Positions 24,150 through 36,295 of a stretch of DNA of 64,000 nt are shown here, piece by piece. The notes beneath the pieces were generated by a model that did no database searches, had not been told where the DNA came from, and worked only from the letters and a program-made list of their open reading frames with translations. Made by a program: the position numbers and the translations under genes. How positions within the stretch are numbered: the stretch's first letter is position 1; each line of letters begins with the position of its first letter. The stretch is from the NCBI RefSeq assembly GCF_018350175.1, contig NC_058370.1:127968001-128032000 (forward strand). Direction: 5' to 3'. Source of the stretch: Felis catus. Its lineage: Eukaryota.

Positions 24150-24947
24150 AGAAAAGGCAAATACCCCATGCAGAAGGGTTAACTGGTACCAGTCATTCAC
24201 ACAAATTGTTGATGTAGACACTCTACCTTCAAGGAGCTGAAACATAACTCCCCACTCCTTAGGTATGGGCCAATAGAGTGACTACTTTCCAAAGAAGACA
24301 GTATGGAAGGGAGAGGGGGTTGGGACACAAAGAATAAAGTTGAGAAAACTGACAAACACTACCTCAGCCAGGTGATCACGGTCAATGTCAATGGTGACAA
24401 ATCATGTTGATAGTCCATGTCCTTGACATGATGTGATGAAGATGGAAATTTCGCCTTTGGTCTTCCTCCCGAGAGCCCACAACCCTCATTCAATCATGAG
24501 GGAAAAAAACATCAGACAAATCCCAACAGAGACCTTCTATAAAATTTCTGACCAATGTTTTCAAAACAAGATCATCGAGAACAAAGAAAGCCTGAGAAAC
24601 TGTCACAGCCAAGAAGAGCCTAAGGAGATGCGACAACTAAATGTAATGTGGCATCCTGGGGGAGAAAAAGTCATTAGGTAAAAACAACAGAAATCTGAAT
24701 AAACTGTGGACTTGAGCTAATAATCATGTCCATAATATACTATCAGTATCAACAATATCATAATATCAATATCAATAGTAATATCAGTATTAGTTAATTG
24801 TTAATGGTAACAAATGTACTGTCCTCACGTAAGACGTTCATGTAGAGGACATTTTGTGCAGGGGATAGCGAACCCTATGGCAATGTCTCCACTTTTCTGT
24901 AAACCTAAACTGTTCTTAAAAATAAAGTATGTTGATTAAAAAAAAAA
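24150..24947 (+). mobile_element. L1MC/L1MD-type 3' UTR with A tail
   Basis: cataactccccactccttag...ctgacaaacactacctcagccaggtgatca...agcctgagaaactgtcacagcc...ttttctgtaaacctaaactgttcttaaaaataaa. Confidence 0.9.
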
Positions 24948-25034
24948 TGAGCCAGAAGATCTAACCAGGTCAGTCTGTGAACCTGAAGCCATGTGGACCT
25001 GTAGGGGGGGGCGCAGCAAGATAAAGGGAAGGAT

Positions 25035-25270
25035 GGGGCGCCTGGGTGGCGCAGTCGGTTAAGCGTCCGACTTCAGCCAGGTCACGATCTGGCGGTCCGT
25101 GAGTTCGAGCCCCGCGTCGGGCTCTGGGCTGATGGCTCAGAGCCTGGAGCCTGTTTCCGATTCTGTATCTCCCTCTCTCTCTGCCCCTCCCCCATTCATG
25201 CTCTGTCTCTCTCTGTCCCAAAAATAAAAAAAATAAAAAAATAAAACTTTGAAAAAAATGAAAAGAAAAA
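25035..25270 (+). mobile_element. Young felid SINEC_Fc with perfect 15-bp TSD
   Basis: ggggcgcctgggtggcgcagtcggttaagcgtccgacttcagccaggtcacgatc with CpGs retained; TSD aagataaagggaagg at 25018-25032 and 25271-25285. Confidence 0.98.
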
Positions 25271-25452
25271 AAGATAAAGGGAAGGTGCAGAATGAGTTTG
25301 CTAGCTGGAAGGAAAGAGTGCTCAAGAAGGGAAAAGGGACAGATGCAGGACCAGTGAGGAAGGAGGGCCCATTGCCAAAAGAAAACTGGGAGTTAGGGAG
25401 GAAGGAGGCGGAGGAAATGGTATTTTTGAGATGAGCCTTCAAGCATGCAAAA

Positions 25453-25640
25453 GGGGACTCCGGGGTGGCTCAGTCGGTTAAGCATCTGACTCCAGGTTTC
25501 GGCTCAGGTCACGATCTCACAGTTTTGTGGGTTCAAGCTCCGTGTCAGGCTCTGCAGAGAGGAATCTATAGATTCCCCTATCTGCCCCTCTTCCCCCTGC
25601 TCTGTGTCTCTCAAAATAAATAAATACACTTAATTTTTAA
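25453..25640 (+). mobile_element. Older Can-SINE
   Basis: ggggactccggggtggctcagtcggttaagcatctgact...; TSD aagcatgcaaa on both sides. Confidence 0.92.
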
Positions 25641-27077
25641 AAAGCATGCAAAGGATTTGGACAGGTGGAGAAGGAGGGAGTCCACCCGGGAACTTAGAAA
25701 AACACAAATGATGGAAGGTCTCAAAAAAAACAAAAAAAGTGCCATCTGACTAGAAGGATCTGTAGCTTAGTTGTGCTTTAAGGGGTGTTTAACACTGAAT
25801 TAAACTGAAGGCCAACATTTTCGGTACGAGTGTGATGGAAAGAAGGAGGAGGTACAGTAGCAGGAAGAGAAGATATCATCCAACAAAGTTTTCAACACAT
25901 TCAGGATCTACTATTAAAATACTAATATCGTAGACGAGATCATTGCTAGTAGCAAGCTAGTGGGAATGAATTCTAAAATCTCTCTTGGGGATTTCTGAAC
26001 CCAGATTACCCTTTTTTTCTTACTAGTAAAGTTTGAGAAATAGTCTTTCCTGGAAGAGGGAAAACTGTCTTGACACATAGAGGTCAAGTTTTAGAAGCGG
26101 AAACTGTTTATTGAATGAATTAATGAAACGATAGCAATTGTCAGAAATCCTAAGTGCAACTATCCTTGAAAGAGGCTTTGCAATCAGTGGTTAAGTAAGT
26201 TGATCTGCTTTACTCATCTACAGAAATCTGATTCTAAAAGTTTAGTAGAGTGAAGTATCTTTTTAAAGGCAATGGAAGAAATGGTACATTAAAACAACCT
26301 TATTGTAAGCCTTTTGGGGAAGAGAAATAATTTTTGTTAAAAGAAAGTAATTGCCACAGGAAAAAAAAATCTGTCTAATATGATCAAATTAGTGGTTTGC
26401 CTGTTTCACTAAATGGACCCTCCGTAAGTTATTCCCCCGGGAAGGGCCCCTTATTCACATCACTGAAAGCATATCTTTAATATACACAGGAGTTTGGCAA
26501 GTATGATTCACAAATGCAGCCCTTCTATTCAGCTTGTATGCTTTGTCTGAACACTCGTGTACTAAGACAGACAAATGGAGGGGGGGGGAGGGTAGACACA
26601 GGAGCAACTGTTATTCAGAAGCGAATAATGCTTCGAACATTCTAGAACTTCAAACTGTTTTTATTCCAATCTGAAATGATTAGCTCTAAGCAGTCCTGAC
26701 ATTTATGGGTGGTTATGAAAAGAAAGCAAAAATCGGTCATGACCAAAAGGCCCATTTCTGCAGAAGCTCACTGCTCAGGGCACCCAGTCGGCAGCCCCCA
26801 GGAGGAGAGAAGAAAAGACGAGGTCTGCAACGCAGTGGCCACTGGGTGATCCAACCCATCNNNNNNNNNNNNNNNNNNNNNNNNNNNNNNNNNNNNNNNN
26901 NNNNNNNNNNNNNNNNNNNNNNNNNNNNNNNNNNNNNNNNNNNNNNNNNNNNNNNNNNNNNNNNNNNNNNNNNNNNNNNNNNNNNNNNNNNNNNNNNNNN
27001 NNNNNNNNNNNNNNNNAACATGGTTGAGGAAATCAGGCAGTGGGTAAAATCCCTGCTAATCTTGGAAGGGAAAACAG

Positions 27078-27078
<1 letters not shown>

Positions 27079-27120
<42 letters not shown>

Positions 27121-27145
27121 CGCGCATGTGCGTGCGCGCACATGT
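27079..27145. repeat. (TG)17(CG)6 compound microsatellite; 67-bp alternating pyrimidine-purine tract
   Basis: Read directly from the sequence. Confidence 0.95.
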
Positions 27146-27849
27146 TTTCCTTTAACCCTAGTGTCTGAGACAAACTTTAAAGAGAGGTGTTTTTACGTGG
27201 CACCTTTGTCCTTTCCTTGACCAGAGAACCACTGACGTTTTGCAGAAACATTTGGGGGCAAGGGGTTTTTGAATAGCATGCTCTTTTTCCGACAATGTGC
27301 CTGCCATCTTGTCGCCTCATTTTTTTCTTTGGCTTTGTGGGGCAGGAAGCTGGCTTCCTCCCTTTTCTTTGCTCAGTGCCATGCATACCTAAAAAGTTAA
27401 GGGCCTACAGTACTAGATATATCATGCCTTTAGCTAAAACAGCAACCCTCTATTCTGTACACATTTGTTATTGCTTTCCAAGGTGAATTCAAAAATCACA
27501 CACATGTATAAATACATATATAACTTAACAGAAATTCCAATTCCTTTAGATAGATATTTACTGAATACCTACTCTAAACTAGGCACAGAGGAGAATTGGG
27601 AACAAAGTAATGTTTCCTAGCTTTATAAATTTCACCGATTAATGCAGAAGACAAATTTGTGGATAAATAATTATAAAGAAAATTAAATAGGAAGCAAAAC
27701 AGAAGCAAAATCAACATGCTAAAGAAATCAGAGAAGGAAAGGAGCAGGAAGGGACCCATCAACCATAATATCTGTGAAGGGCACTTTACTTTAAAGACAT
27801 TGTTGCCTTTGTTTTTGGCAGTTCTCTTCCAATTTGGGAATCGTTGGCC

Positions 27850-28245
27850 CTGTTTATCAGATGGAAAACTTCAACCACAGGAAAGTTAAGCGAAAAAGGC
27901 AACGTCACACATAAGTAAGCAGCAGATCTGGGATTTGAACTCTGACTTCAAAACCCATGCTGCTGGGAATCTATGGAGAACATACGCAGAACATGGCATT
28001 TGAGCCAGGGCAGCCAGCAAAAACAAATTTGTTCCAGGAGGAAGGGCCAGATGAATGTGGAGACAAGGTCTGGAGATGTGAGAGCACATCACACCTGAGG
28101 AAGAGTCAGAGATCAAGTGCGCTGGAAATAGGCTCAAGGCCAGAGAGTGTAGAGGCCTGATGGCAAGACACTGGAGGCCACACGTTGTGGAAGTATGAAT
28201 GTTACACTGAGGACTTTGGGCTTGATTCTGTGAGCACTGGGGACT
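27850..28245 (-). mobile_element. MIR (27850-27960) followed by an L2 fragment
   Basis: cagatggaaaact...ctgggatttgaactctgacttcaaaaccc; gaggactttgggcttgattctgtgagcactgggga. Confidence 0.65.
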
Positions 28246-30508
28246 AACTACAATGGAATCTCAGAGTCCAGGACTAAGTTAGATCCTCGTTGCAAACTCA
28301 ACCAGGTCCGGGGATATGTGGACAGCTGATCTGATAGACTCAGAGAGGTCTTTGTGCAGGTGGGACCCAACAACCTCCTGCGATGGACAAGGAGGAAACC
28401 CTTGGAAGCTGACCCCTCAGCTTTGACCATAAGGAAGAAGACCTGCTAGTCCCCTAGCAGTGTGTGGAGCTGGACAAGGACCCCTACCTGGGGACAGATG
28501 AGGCAGGCACATCGCTCAGATGGAAAGGAGGCTCAGGATTAGAGGGAAGGACCATTAAGCACATCACAAAGTGCTAATGTCTAAAGTTTCTTCTGGTCCA
28601 GACTCCTGGGCTAAAATCAGCCTTTGGGAGGAGGCTGTGATAAAGGCCAGGGGCTGTCACACCTGGGATGCCAGAGTCTCCCTGTAAATGTGAAAGCAGG
28701 AGGCCAGGTTGCTCTTGGCCTTATAATTGTACCTCCCAGGTGGAACGCATACGTTCATCATCTATTCTCGTGTGGGCCTGTAGGAGTGGGAAGCAGAAAA
28801 TGTGTCATGTGCAATGGATGGAGATACACCCTCCAGTCTTTCTGTGAAGGATGCCTCTTTGCTTGTCCTAGAGCCTCAGCTTGTGGGGTACACATTAGGC
28901 TTGGCACACACTTAGTGCTCTATGGAAGAACGGCTCTCAAAGAATGTATGCTGTGGATACCATCTTGGTGCTCTCCCTCTGCCTTGCTCCAGTTTGCTGG
29001 TGTCACCCAGAAAATACCTTATACCCTTATCCATAACCCTGATTTCTGCAACCTCTACCCAGGAAATGCATCTAGATCATCTGGGGCTCACACTTGTACT
29101 CCCACAAGACTGTATATATTTGTATACCTTTAAAAGCTGATGCCTACAGATCTGGCTTCTAGTCAGCCTGAATTTAGGTGCCAACATCCTCCCCAGTGGG
29201 ACACTGATAGGTCTTGGCACTCCTCAACTCCTGGGAGCTATTAAAAATCTAATAGGTTGTTTGGAGAAACACAAAAGTTTGAAAGAAAATCCAAGAGCTG
29301 AGGCAAGGGTGAACAGGAAGGTTAATGTCCTACACAAGGCCATTCCTTCAAGACTGGGAGAGGTGGTTGTTTTACCTACTATATAGGAACAACCACAGAG
29401 AACCAAGAAAAATGAAGAGACAGAGGAATATGTTCCCAATGAAAGAACAAGATAATACCTCAGGAAGAAGACCTTAATGAGATGGAGAGAAGTTATTTGC
29501 CCGACAAAGAGGTCAAAGGTCATAAAGACGCTTATGAAAGTGGGGAGAAGAATGAACACACTGAGAACCTAAACAAAGAGATAGAAAATATAAGAAAGTG
29601 CCAAATAGAAACCACAGAGCTGAAGAATACAATCACTGAACTGAAAACTAGAGGGGTTCAACAGCAGACTAGGTGAAGCAGAAGACAAAGCGGGGTCACT
29701 TACCTAATTAGAACAACAAAGCAAAAACAATTACAAAAATGAAGATGGCTTAAGGAGCTCATGGGAAAACATCAAATGGCCTAACATTCACATTATAGGG
29801 GCCCCAGAAGGAGAAGAGATAGAAAAAGGAGAGAACCTTATTTGAAGAAATGATGGCTGAAAACTTCTCTAACCCAGAGAAGGAAAGAGACAACAGATTC
29901 AGAAATCCCAGTGAGTTCTGGATAAGAGGGTGCCCAAAAACTACCCCCACCAAGACAGACTATAATTAAAATGCCAAAAGTTAAAGACAAGCAGAGAATA
30001 TTAAAAGTGTCAAGAGAAACACAACTTGTTACAAAAAAGGGACACCCCATTAAATTATCATCAGATCTTTCAGCAGAAACTTTGCAGTCCAGAAGGAGCG
30101 GCACTTTATATTTAAACTGCTGAAAAAAAAGTTTCCAACCAAGAATACTCTACCTGGCAAGGATATCATTCAGAACTGAAGGAGAGATAGAGAATTTTCT
30201 AGACAAGCAAAAGTTAAAGGAGTTCCTCACCACCAAACTGACCTTACAAGAAATGTTAAAGGGAGTTCTTTAACCTGAAAAAGAAAGGGTGCTAATTAAT
30301 AACAAGAACATAAAAGAAAAAATAAATCTCACTGGAAAGGTATATATATAGTAAAGGTAGTGGGTCAATCACTTATAAAGTGAGTATGAAGGTTAAAAGA
30401 CAAAAGTAGTTAAAATAAGTATTGTTACAATAATTACTTATGGGATACACAAGGTAAAAAGATGGAAAATGTGACATTAAAAACCAAACAAAACAAAACA
30501 TGGGAGGA

Positions 30509-30661
30509 GGGGTACTCAGTTGGTTAAACATCCAACTCTTGGTTTCGGCTCAGGTCATGATCTCATGGTTTGTGGGATCAAGCCCCACGTTGGGCGCTAT
30601 GCTGACAGCACGGAGCCTGCATGGGATTCTCTCTCCTCTCTCTGCTCCTCCCCTGTGCGTG

Positions 30662-30693
<32 letters not shown>

Positions 30694-30720
30694 ACAAATA
30701 AACTAAAAAAAAATTTTTTT
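30509..30720 (+). mobile_element. Can-SINE nested in the L1 inter-ORF region
   Basis: ctcttggtttcggctcaggtcatgatctc; TSD aacatgggaggag / aacatgagaggag. Confidence 0.93.
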
Positions 30721-33496
30721 AACATGAGAGGAGCAAAAATATTCATGTAAAATGGAATCAAACTTACACTTACAATGTTATAAAACTAAAATTAACTGTT
30801 ATAGATATAAGCTGTTATATGTAAGCTTCATAGTAACCACAAAGCCAAAACCTATAATAAATACAAAAGGTATAGAGAAAGGAATATAAGCATATCACTA
30901 AAGAAAATCATCAAACCACAAAGGGACAGAGCAAGAGAAAAAGAAAGGAACAGAGAAGAAGTACAAAAACAGCCAGAAAACAATTAAGAAAATGGCAGGA
31001 AGCACATACCTATCAAGAATTACTTTAAATATAACTGCACTAAATTCTTCAATAAAAAGACATAGAGTAGCTGAATGGATTAAAAAACAAAAACAAGACC
31101 CATCTAAATGCTGCCTATAAGAAGAGGCTTACTTTAGGTGTAAGGACACACACAGACTGAAAGTGAAAGGGTAGAAAAAGATACCCCATGCAAACAAGCT
31201 GGAGTAGCTGTATTTGCATAAGACAAAATGGACTTTAAAACAAAGCCTGTAAGAAGAGACAAAGATGGGTGTCATACAATAGTGAAAGGGTCAATCCAAA
31301 AAGGAGATATAACATTTACAAATATTTATGCATAGGACCACCTAAATATATAAAGCAACTATTAACAGACCAAAAGCAAGCAATAAAATAACAGAATAAC
31401 AATAACAGTTGGAGACTTTATACCCCACTTATATCAACAGATAGGTCATCTAGATGGCAAATCAATAACAAAATATCAGCTTTAAACAATACTTTAGACC
31501 AGATGGAATTAGATATTTACAGGACATTCCATTCAAAAGCAATGGAATGCACATTCTTCTCAAGACTACGCGGAATATTCTCTAGAAGAGATCACATGTT
31601 AGTTTGCAAAGCAAGTCTTAATAAATTTAAGAGGGCTGAAATAATATCTAGTGTCTTTTGTGACCACAATGGTATGAAACTAAGAATCAAAGAAAACTGG
31701 AAAATTCACAAATATGTGAAATTAAACAACATGCTACTGAATACCCAACTGAAAGAGCTGGTTCTCTGTGAAGAACAACAAAATTGACAAAACTTTAGCT
31801 AGACTCAAAAGAGAGAAAGAGAGAACGCAAATAAATAAAAAATTAAAGAGGACATGTTACAACTAATACCACAGAAATACAAAGGATCATAACTACTATG
31901 ACTAATTATACACCAAAAAAACTGGCAACCTAGGGAAAAAAATGGATACATTCCTAGAAACATACAGACTACCAAGAATGAATCATGATAAAAAAGAGAA
32001 AATCTGAACAGACCAATTACTAGTAATGAGATTGAATCAGTATTCAAAAACCTCCAAATAAACAAAAGTCAAGGACCAGGTAGCTTCACTTGTAAATTCT
32101 ACCAAACATTCAAAGAAGAATTAATACCAATCCTTATCAAATTCTTCCCAAAAAAGGNNNNNNNNNNNNNNNNNNNNNNNNNNNNNNNNNNNNNNNNNNN
32201 NNNNNNNNNNNNNNNNNNNNNNNNNNNNNNNNNNNNNNNNNNNNNNNNNNNNNNNNNNNNNNNNNNNNNNNNNNNNNNNNNNNNNNNNNNCAGACCTAAT
32301 TAAACAATACATTATAAGGGTCATACACCATGATCAAGTGGGATTTACTCCAGAGATGCAAAGATGGTTCAACATCTGCAAATCAGTCAATGTGATAACC
32401 CACAGTAACAAACTGATGGATAAAAAACATATGATATCTCAATAGATGCAGAAAAAGCATTTGACAAAATCTAACATCTGTTTATGATAAAAAAAAAACT
32501 CTCAAGAAACTGAATATAGAAGGAACATATCTCATAATAATAAAGGCCATGTATCATGAGCCCACAGCTAACATCATACCCAATGGTGAAAAACTGAAAG
32601 CTTTTCCTCGAGATCAGGAGCAAGACAAAGATGCCCACTCTCATCACTTTTATCCAACATAATATTGAAAGTCCTAGCCATGGCGATTAGACAAGAAAAA
32701 AAAAAGATATCCAGATTGGAAAGGAAGAAGTCAAACAGCCACTATTTGCAAATGTAATGATATTACATATTGTCAGACTCCATCAAAAAATTTTAGAATA
32801 AACAAATTCAATAAAGTCACAGGATATAAACTCAACATGTAAAAATCTACTGCATTTCTGTCCACTAATAATGAGCTAGAGGAAAGAGAAATTAAAACAA
32901 AAACAATCTCATCTACAATTGCACTGAAAAGAGTAAAATAACTAGAAATAAATTTAACGAAGGAGGTAACAGATCTGTATTTAAAAAAATTNNNNNNNNN
33001 NNNNNNNNNNNNNNNNNNNNNNNNNNNNNNNNNNNNNNNNNNNNNNNNNNNNNNNNNNNNNNNNNNNNNNNNNNNNNNNNNNNNNNNNNNNNNNNNNNNN
33101 NNNNNNNNNNNNNNNNNNNNNNNNNNNNNNNNNNNNNNNNNNNNNNNNNNNNNNNNNNNNNNNNNNNNNNNNNNNNNNNNNNNNNNNNNNNNNNNNNNNN
33201 NNNNNNNNNNNNNNCCCAAAGCAATCTTAAGGACATAGCCGAAAGCATTGTGCTTTCTGATTTCAAACTATACTACTAAGCTATAATAAGACAATAAGTA
33301 TTGTATTGGCATAACAACATACATGTAGACTATTGGAACAAAATACAACTCAAAAATAAACCCACATATATATAGTCAATTAATTTATAATGAAGGAGCC
33401 AAGAATATACAATGGGGAAAGGAGAGTATCTTCAATAAATGATGTTGGGGAAATTGGACAGCCACATGCAAAAGAATAAAGCTAGACCACTATCTT

Positions 33497-33716
33497 TTTT
33501 TTAATTTTCATTTTTTTAAGCTTATTTATTTATTTTGAGAGAGAGAGAGAGAAATTGCAAGGGTGGAGTAGAGAAAGAGAGAGAAAAAATCCTAAGTGGG
33601 CTCCATGCTGACAACACAGAGCCTGACACGGGGTTCAATCTCATGAACCATGAGATCATGACCTGAACGGAAACCAAGAGTTGGATGTTTAACCAACTGA
33701 GCCATCCAGGCACCCC
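33497..33716 (-). mobile_element. Can-SINE nested in L1 ORF2
   Basis: Antisense Can-SINE; TSD aaagctagaccactatctt / aaattggaccattatctt. Confidence 0.95.
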
Positions 33717-34343
33717 AAATTGGACCATTATCTTACACAATGCACAGAAATTAACTCAAAATGGATTAAAGACTTGAATGCAAGACCTGAAAACATAAAA
33801 CTCCTAAAAAAAACACACAGGTGATAAGCCCTTTGACACTGGTCTTTGTAATGATTTTTTTTTTAAATCTGGCACCAAAAGCAAAAATAAACAAGTAGAA
33901 CTATATCAAATTTAAAACAAAAATCTGCACAACAAAGGAAATCATCAGCAAAATCAAAAGGCAAACTACTGAATGGGAGAAAATATTTGCAGAGCACATA
34001 TTTGATAAGGGGCTCGTATCCAAATGTATAAAGAACTCATACAAATCAATAGCTAAAAGAAATAAAGTCCAAATCAAAAATGGACANNNNNNNNNNNNNN
34101 NNNNNNNNNNNNNNNNNNNNNNNNNNNNNNNNNNNNNNNNNNNNNNNNNNNNNNNNNNNNNNNNNNNNNNNNNNNNNNNNNNNNNNNNNNNNNNNNNNNN
34201 NNNNNNNNNNNNNNNNNNNNNNNNNNNNNNNNNNNNNNNNNNNNNNNNNNNNNNNNNNNNNNNNNNNNNNNNNNNNNNNNNNNNNNNNNNNNNNNNNNNN
34301 NNNNNNNNNNNNNNNNNNNNNNNNNNNNNNNNNNNNNNNNNAA

Positions 34344-34539
34344 GGGCGCCTGGGTGGCTCAGTTGGTTGAAGTTCCCAATTCTTGGTTTTGGCTCAGGTC
34401 ATGCACGATCTCTTGGTTTTGTGAGTTTGAGCCCCGCATCAGGCTCTGTGCTGACAGCATGGAGCCTGCTTGGGATCCTCTCTCTCCCTCTCTCTCTCTG
34501 CCGCTCCCCCACTCACACTATCTCTGTTTCTCTCAAAAA

Positions 34540-34578
<39 letters not shown>
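34344..34578 (+). mobile_element. Can-SINE nested in L1 ORF2 with (AAAT)n tail
   Basis: gggcgcctgggtggctcagttggtt...gagccccgcatcaggctctgtgctgacagc, about 10 AAAT units. Confidence 0.95.
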
Positions 34579-35294
34579 GAAAACAGTATGGAAGTTCCTC
34601 AAAAAATTAAAAATAGATCGAGCAATTTCACTTCTTGGTATTTATCCGAAGAACACAAAAACACTAACTCAAAAAGACATATGCACCCTCATATTAACTG
34701 AAGCGCTATTTACAATAGCCAAGATATAGAAACAACCTAAGTGTCCATTGATAAATGAATGGATAGTGAAACTGTGACTAGAAAGAAAGACAGAAAGCAA
34801 GAACTAGTTACAAAAAAATAACAGAACCTTGCCATTTGTGATAACATGAATGAACCTCAAGGGTGTTATGCTAAAGGAAACGAATCAGATAAAGAAAGAA
34901 AAATACCATATGATCTCACTTACATGTGGAATCTATAGATAGATAGACAGACACTAAGCTCACTGATATAGAGAACAGATTGGTGGTTGCCAGAGAAAGG
35001 AGGTAGAGGGTGACAGAAACAGGTAAACTATTTTGTTGTGTTTTACTATAAATCAATAGAATAAAAAGAAGATCGAATAAAAGAATATGGAGAGGTGTCT
35101 AAAAGAAAAAAAGTGTCATGTGAAGAAAAAACATGCACAAAAATGCCCAGACATGTTTGAAGAGTTTGGGGACAATCATCACAGTAATGTCCACAGTTGT
35201 GGAAAGGCCACAGGTGGATGTGGAAGACAAACCCTGCTGGTTGGGGGGAACCCAAGGACTCCACATCCGAGCTGGAGGACGCCATATGGGAAGG

Positions 35295-35571
35295 ATGTAG
35301 TTCCAAGGAACTCAGAGTTTCTCCGAGAGTGGTCTATAGGTTTCTAATGTTCCTCAGTGGTCTTGCAAATGGTCTACTGGAGGCGTGATGGTTTCAGCCG
35401 AAAACCTGTTAAAACAACCATGCTCACGTACATTTCGCAAATTTGAAATTCTGTGGTTTTCCATAATCTACAAATGCTCTGTGGTTTTGCACGTAGTGTG
35501 AGGATTATGTCATCAGGTCACCTAAGATGCCACACTAACAGAATTATTCTTCATCTCCCTGCATATTTTAT

Positions 35572-35610
<39 letters not shown>

Positions 35611-36295
35611 TAGACATAGATTAATATAGATAATATAAATATATCTATTTATATATAATATATATATGATTGTTTCTCTGTATTCATCTCCAAATTCTAA
35701 AAAAGTATGAATCAGTGGCTGAAAAGTAGTTTAGAGATGTGCAGAAGTTGTGACGTTAATAGTAAGTATTGCAACCCAGAGCAAGGTCATAAATGAAGGA
35801 GTGAACAGGACCCAGGTCAAATGTAGAACATGATTCCGTATATGGTAGAGCACAGAGGCTGCCATTGATGAGTTTGCTCAAGCAGCCAAAAAACCAAAAG
35901 AAAGATCAGAGAAAAGAAAAAGAAAAACAGAAATCGGAGTTTTCAGTTAGGGAATCCACTCATCCTTCGTACCGGCACACTGTTTGTAAACAAGATATTA
36001 GTGATAGAGTGTCATGAAGTCATATTTGATCAAAGTGTGTTGACTTTTCTACTAAGCCAATCTGAACATTTCAGAACAAATAGATAAAAATACCTCCCAG
36101 TAGTGAATTAGTGAATTGCATCACTAAATTCAAGAAAAGAATCAAAGGAGCATGATTCAAAAAGAAATTGTCACAGCATAAAAACAAGTACAATTATACT
36201 GTTGCCAAGGAGCTTGTAAAAACACCCACAACGTTAACGACAAATATTGTGCTCAGAGACAGAAAAAAAAGAGAGTAGCAGACTTCCTGTAGGAT
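35295..36295 (+). mobile_element. Fossil hAT-Charlie DNA transposon with degenerate transposase N-terminus
   Basis: Charlie-like 5' end (gttccaaggaactcagagtttc); MNQWLKSSL at ~35707; TVAKELVKTPTTLTTNIVLRDRK at ~36198 resembling the Charlie/Buster HTIAEELI.P motif; all by recall. Confidence 0.55.
35572..35668. repeat. (GATA)n microsatellite with AT-rich extension
   Basis: About nine GATA units followed by TA-rich sequence. Confidence 0.95.

Larger units (their letters stand above)
28950..35060 (+). mobile_element. Near-full-length decayed LINE-1 (carnivoran/L1MA9-era): 5'UTR part, ORF1, inter-ORF, ORF2, 3'UTR
   Basis: ORF1 remnant ~29410-30273 (...ENLNKEIENIRKCQIETTELKNTITELK); ORF2 endonuclease from ~30992 (DIYRTFH...TFFS...SRRDHML...CDHNG); RT region (caccatgatcaagtgggattt, atagatgcagaaaaagcatttgacaaa); L1 3' end; many stops and frameshifts. 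Confidence 0.95.

Noticed and set aside
29410-34700. L1 ORF1/ORF2 as functional CDS
   Set aside because: Many stops and frameshifts, an internal deletion and SINE insertions.
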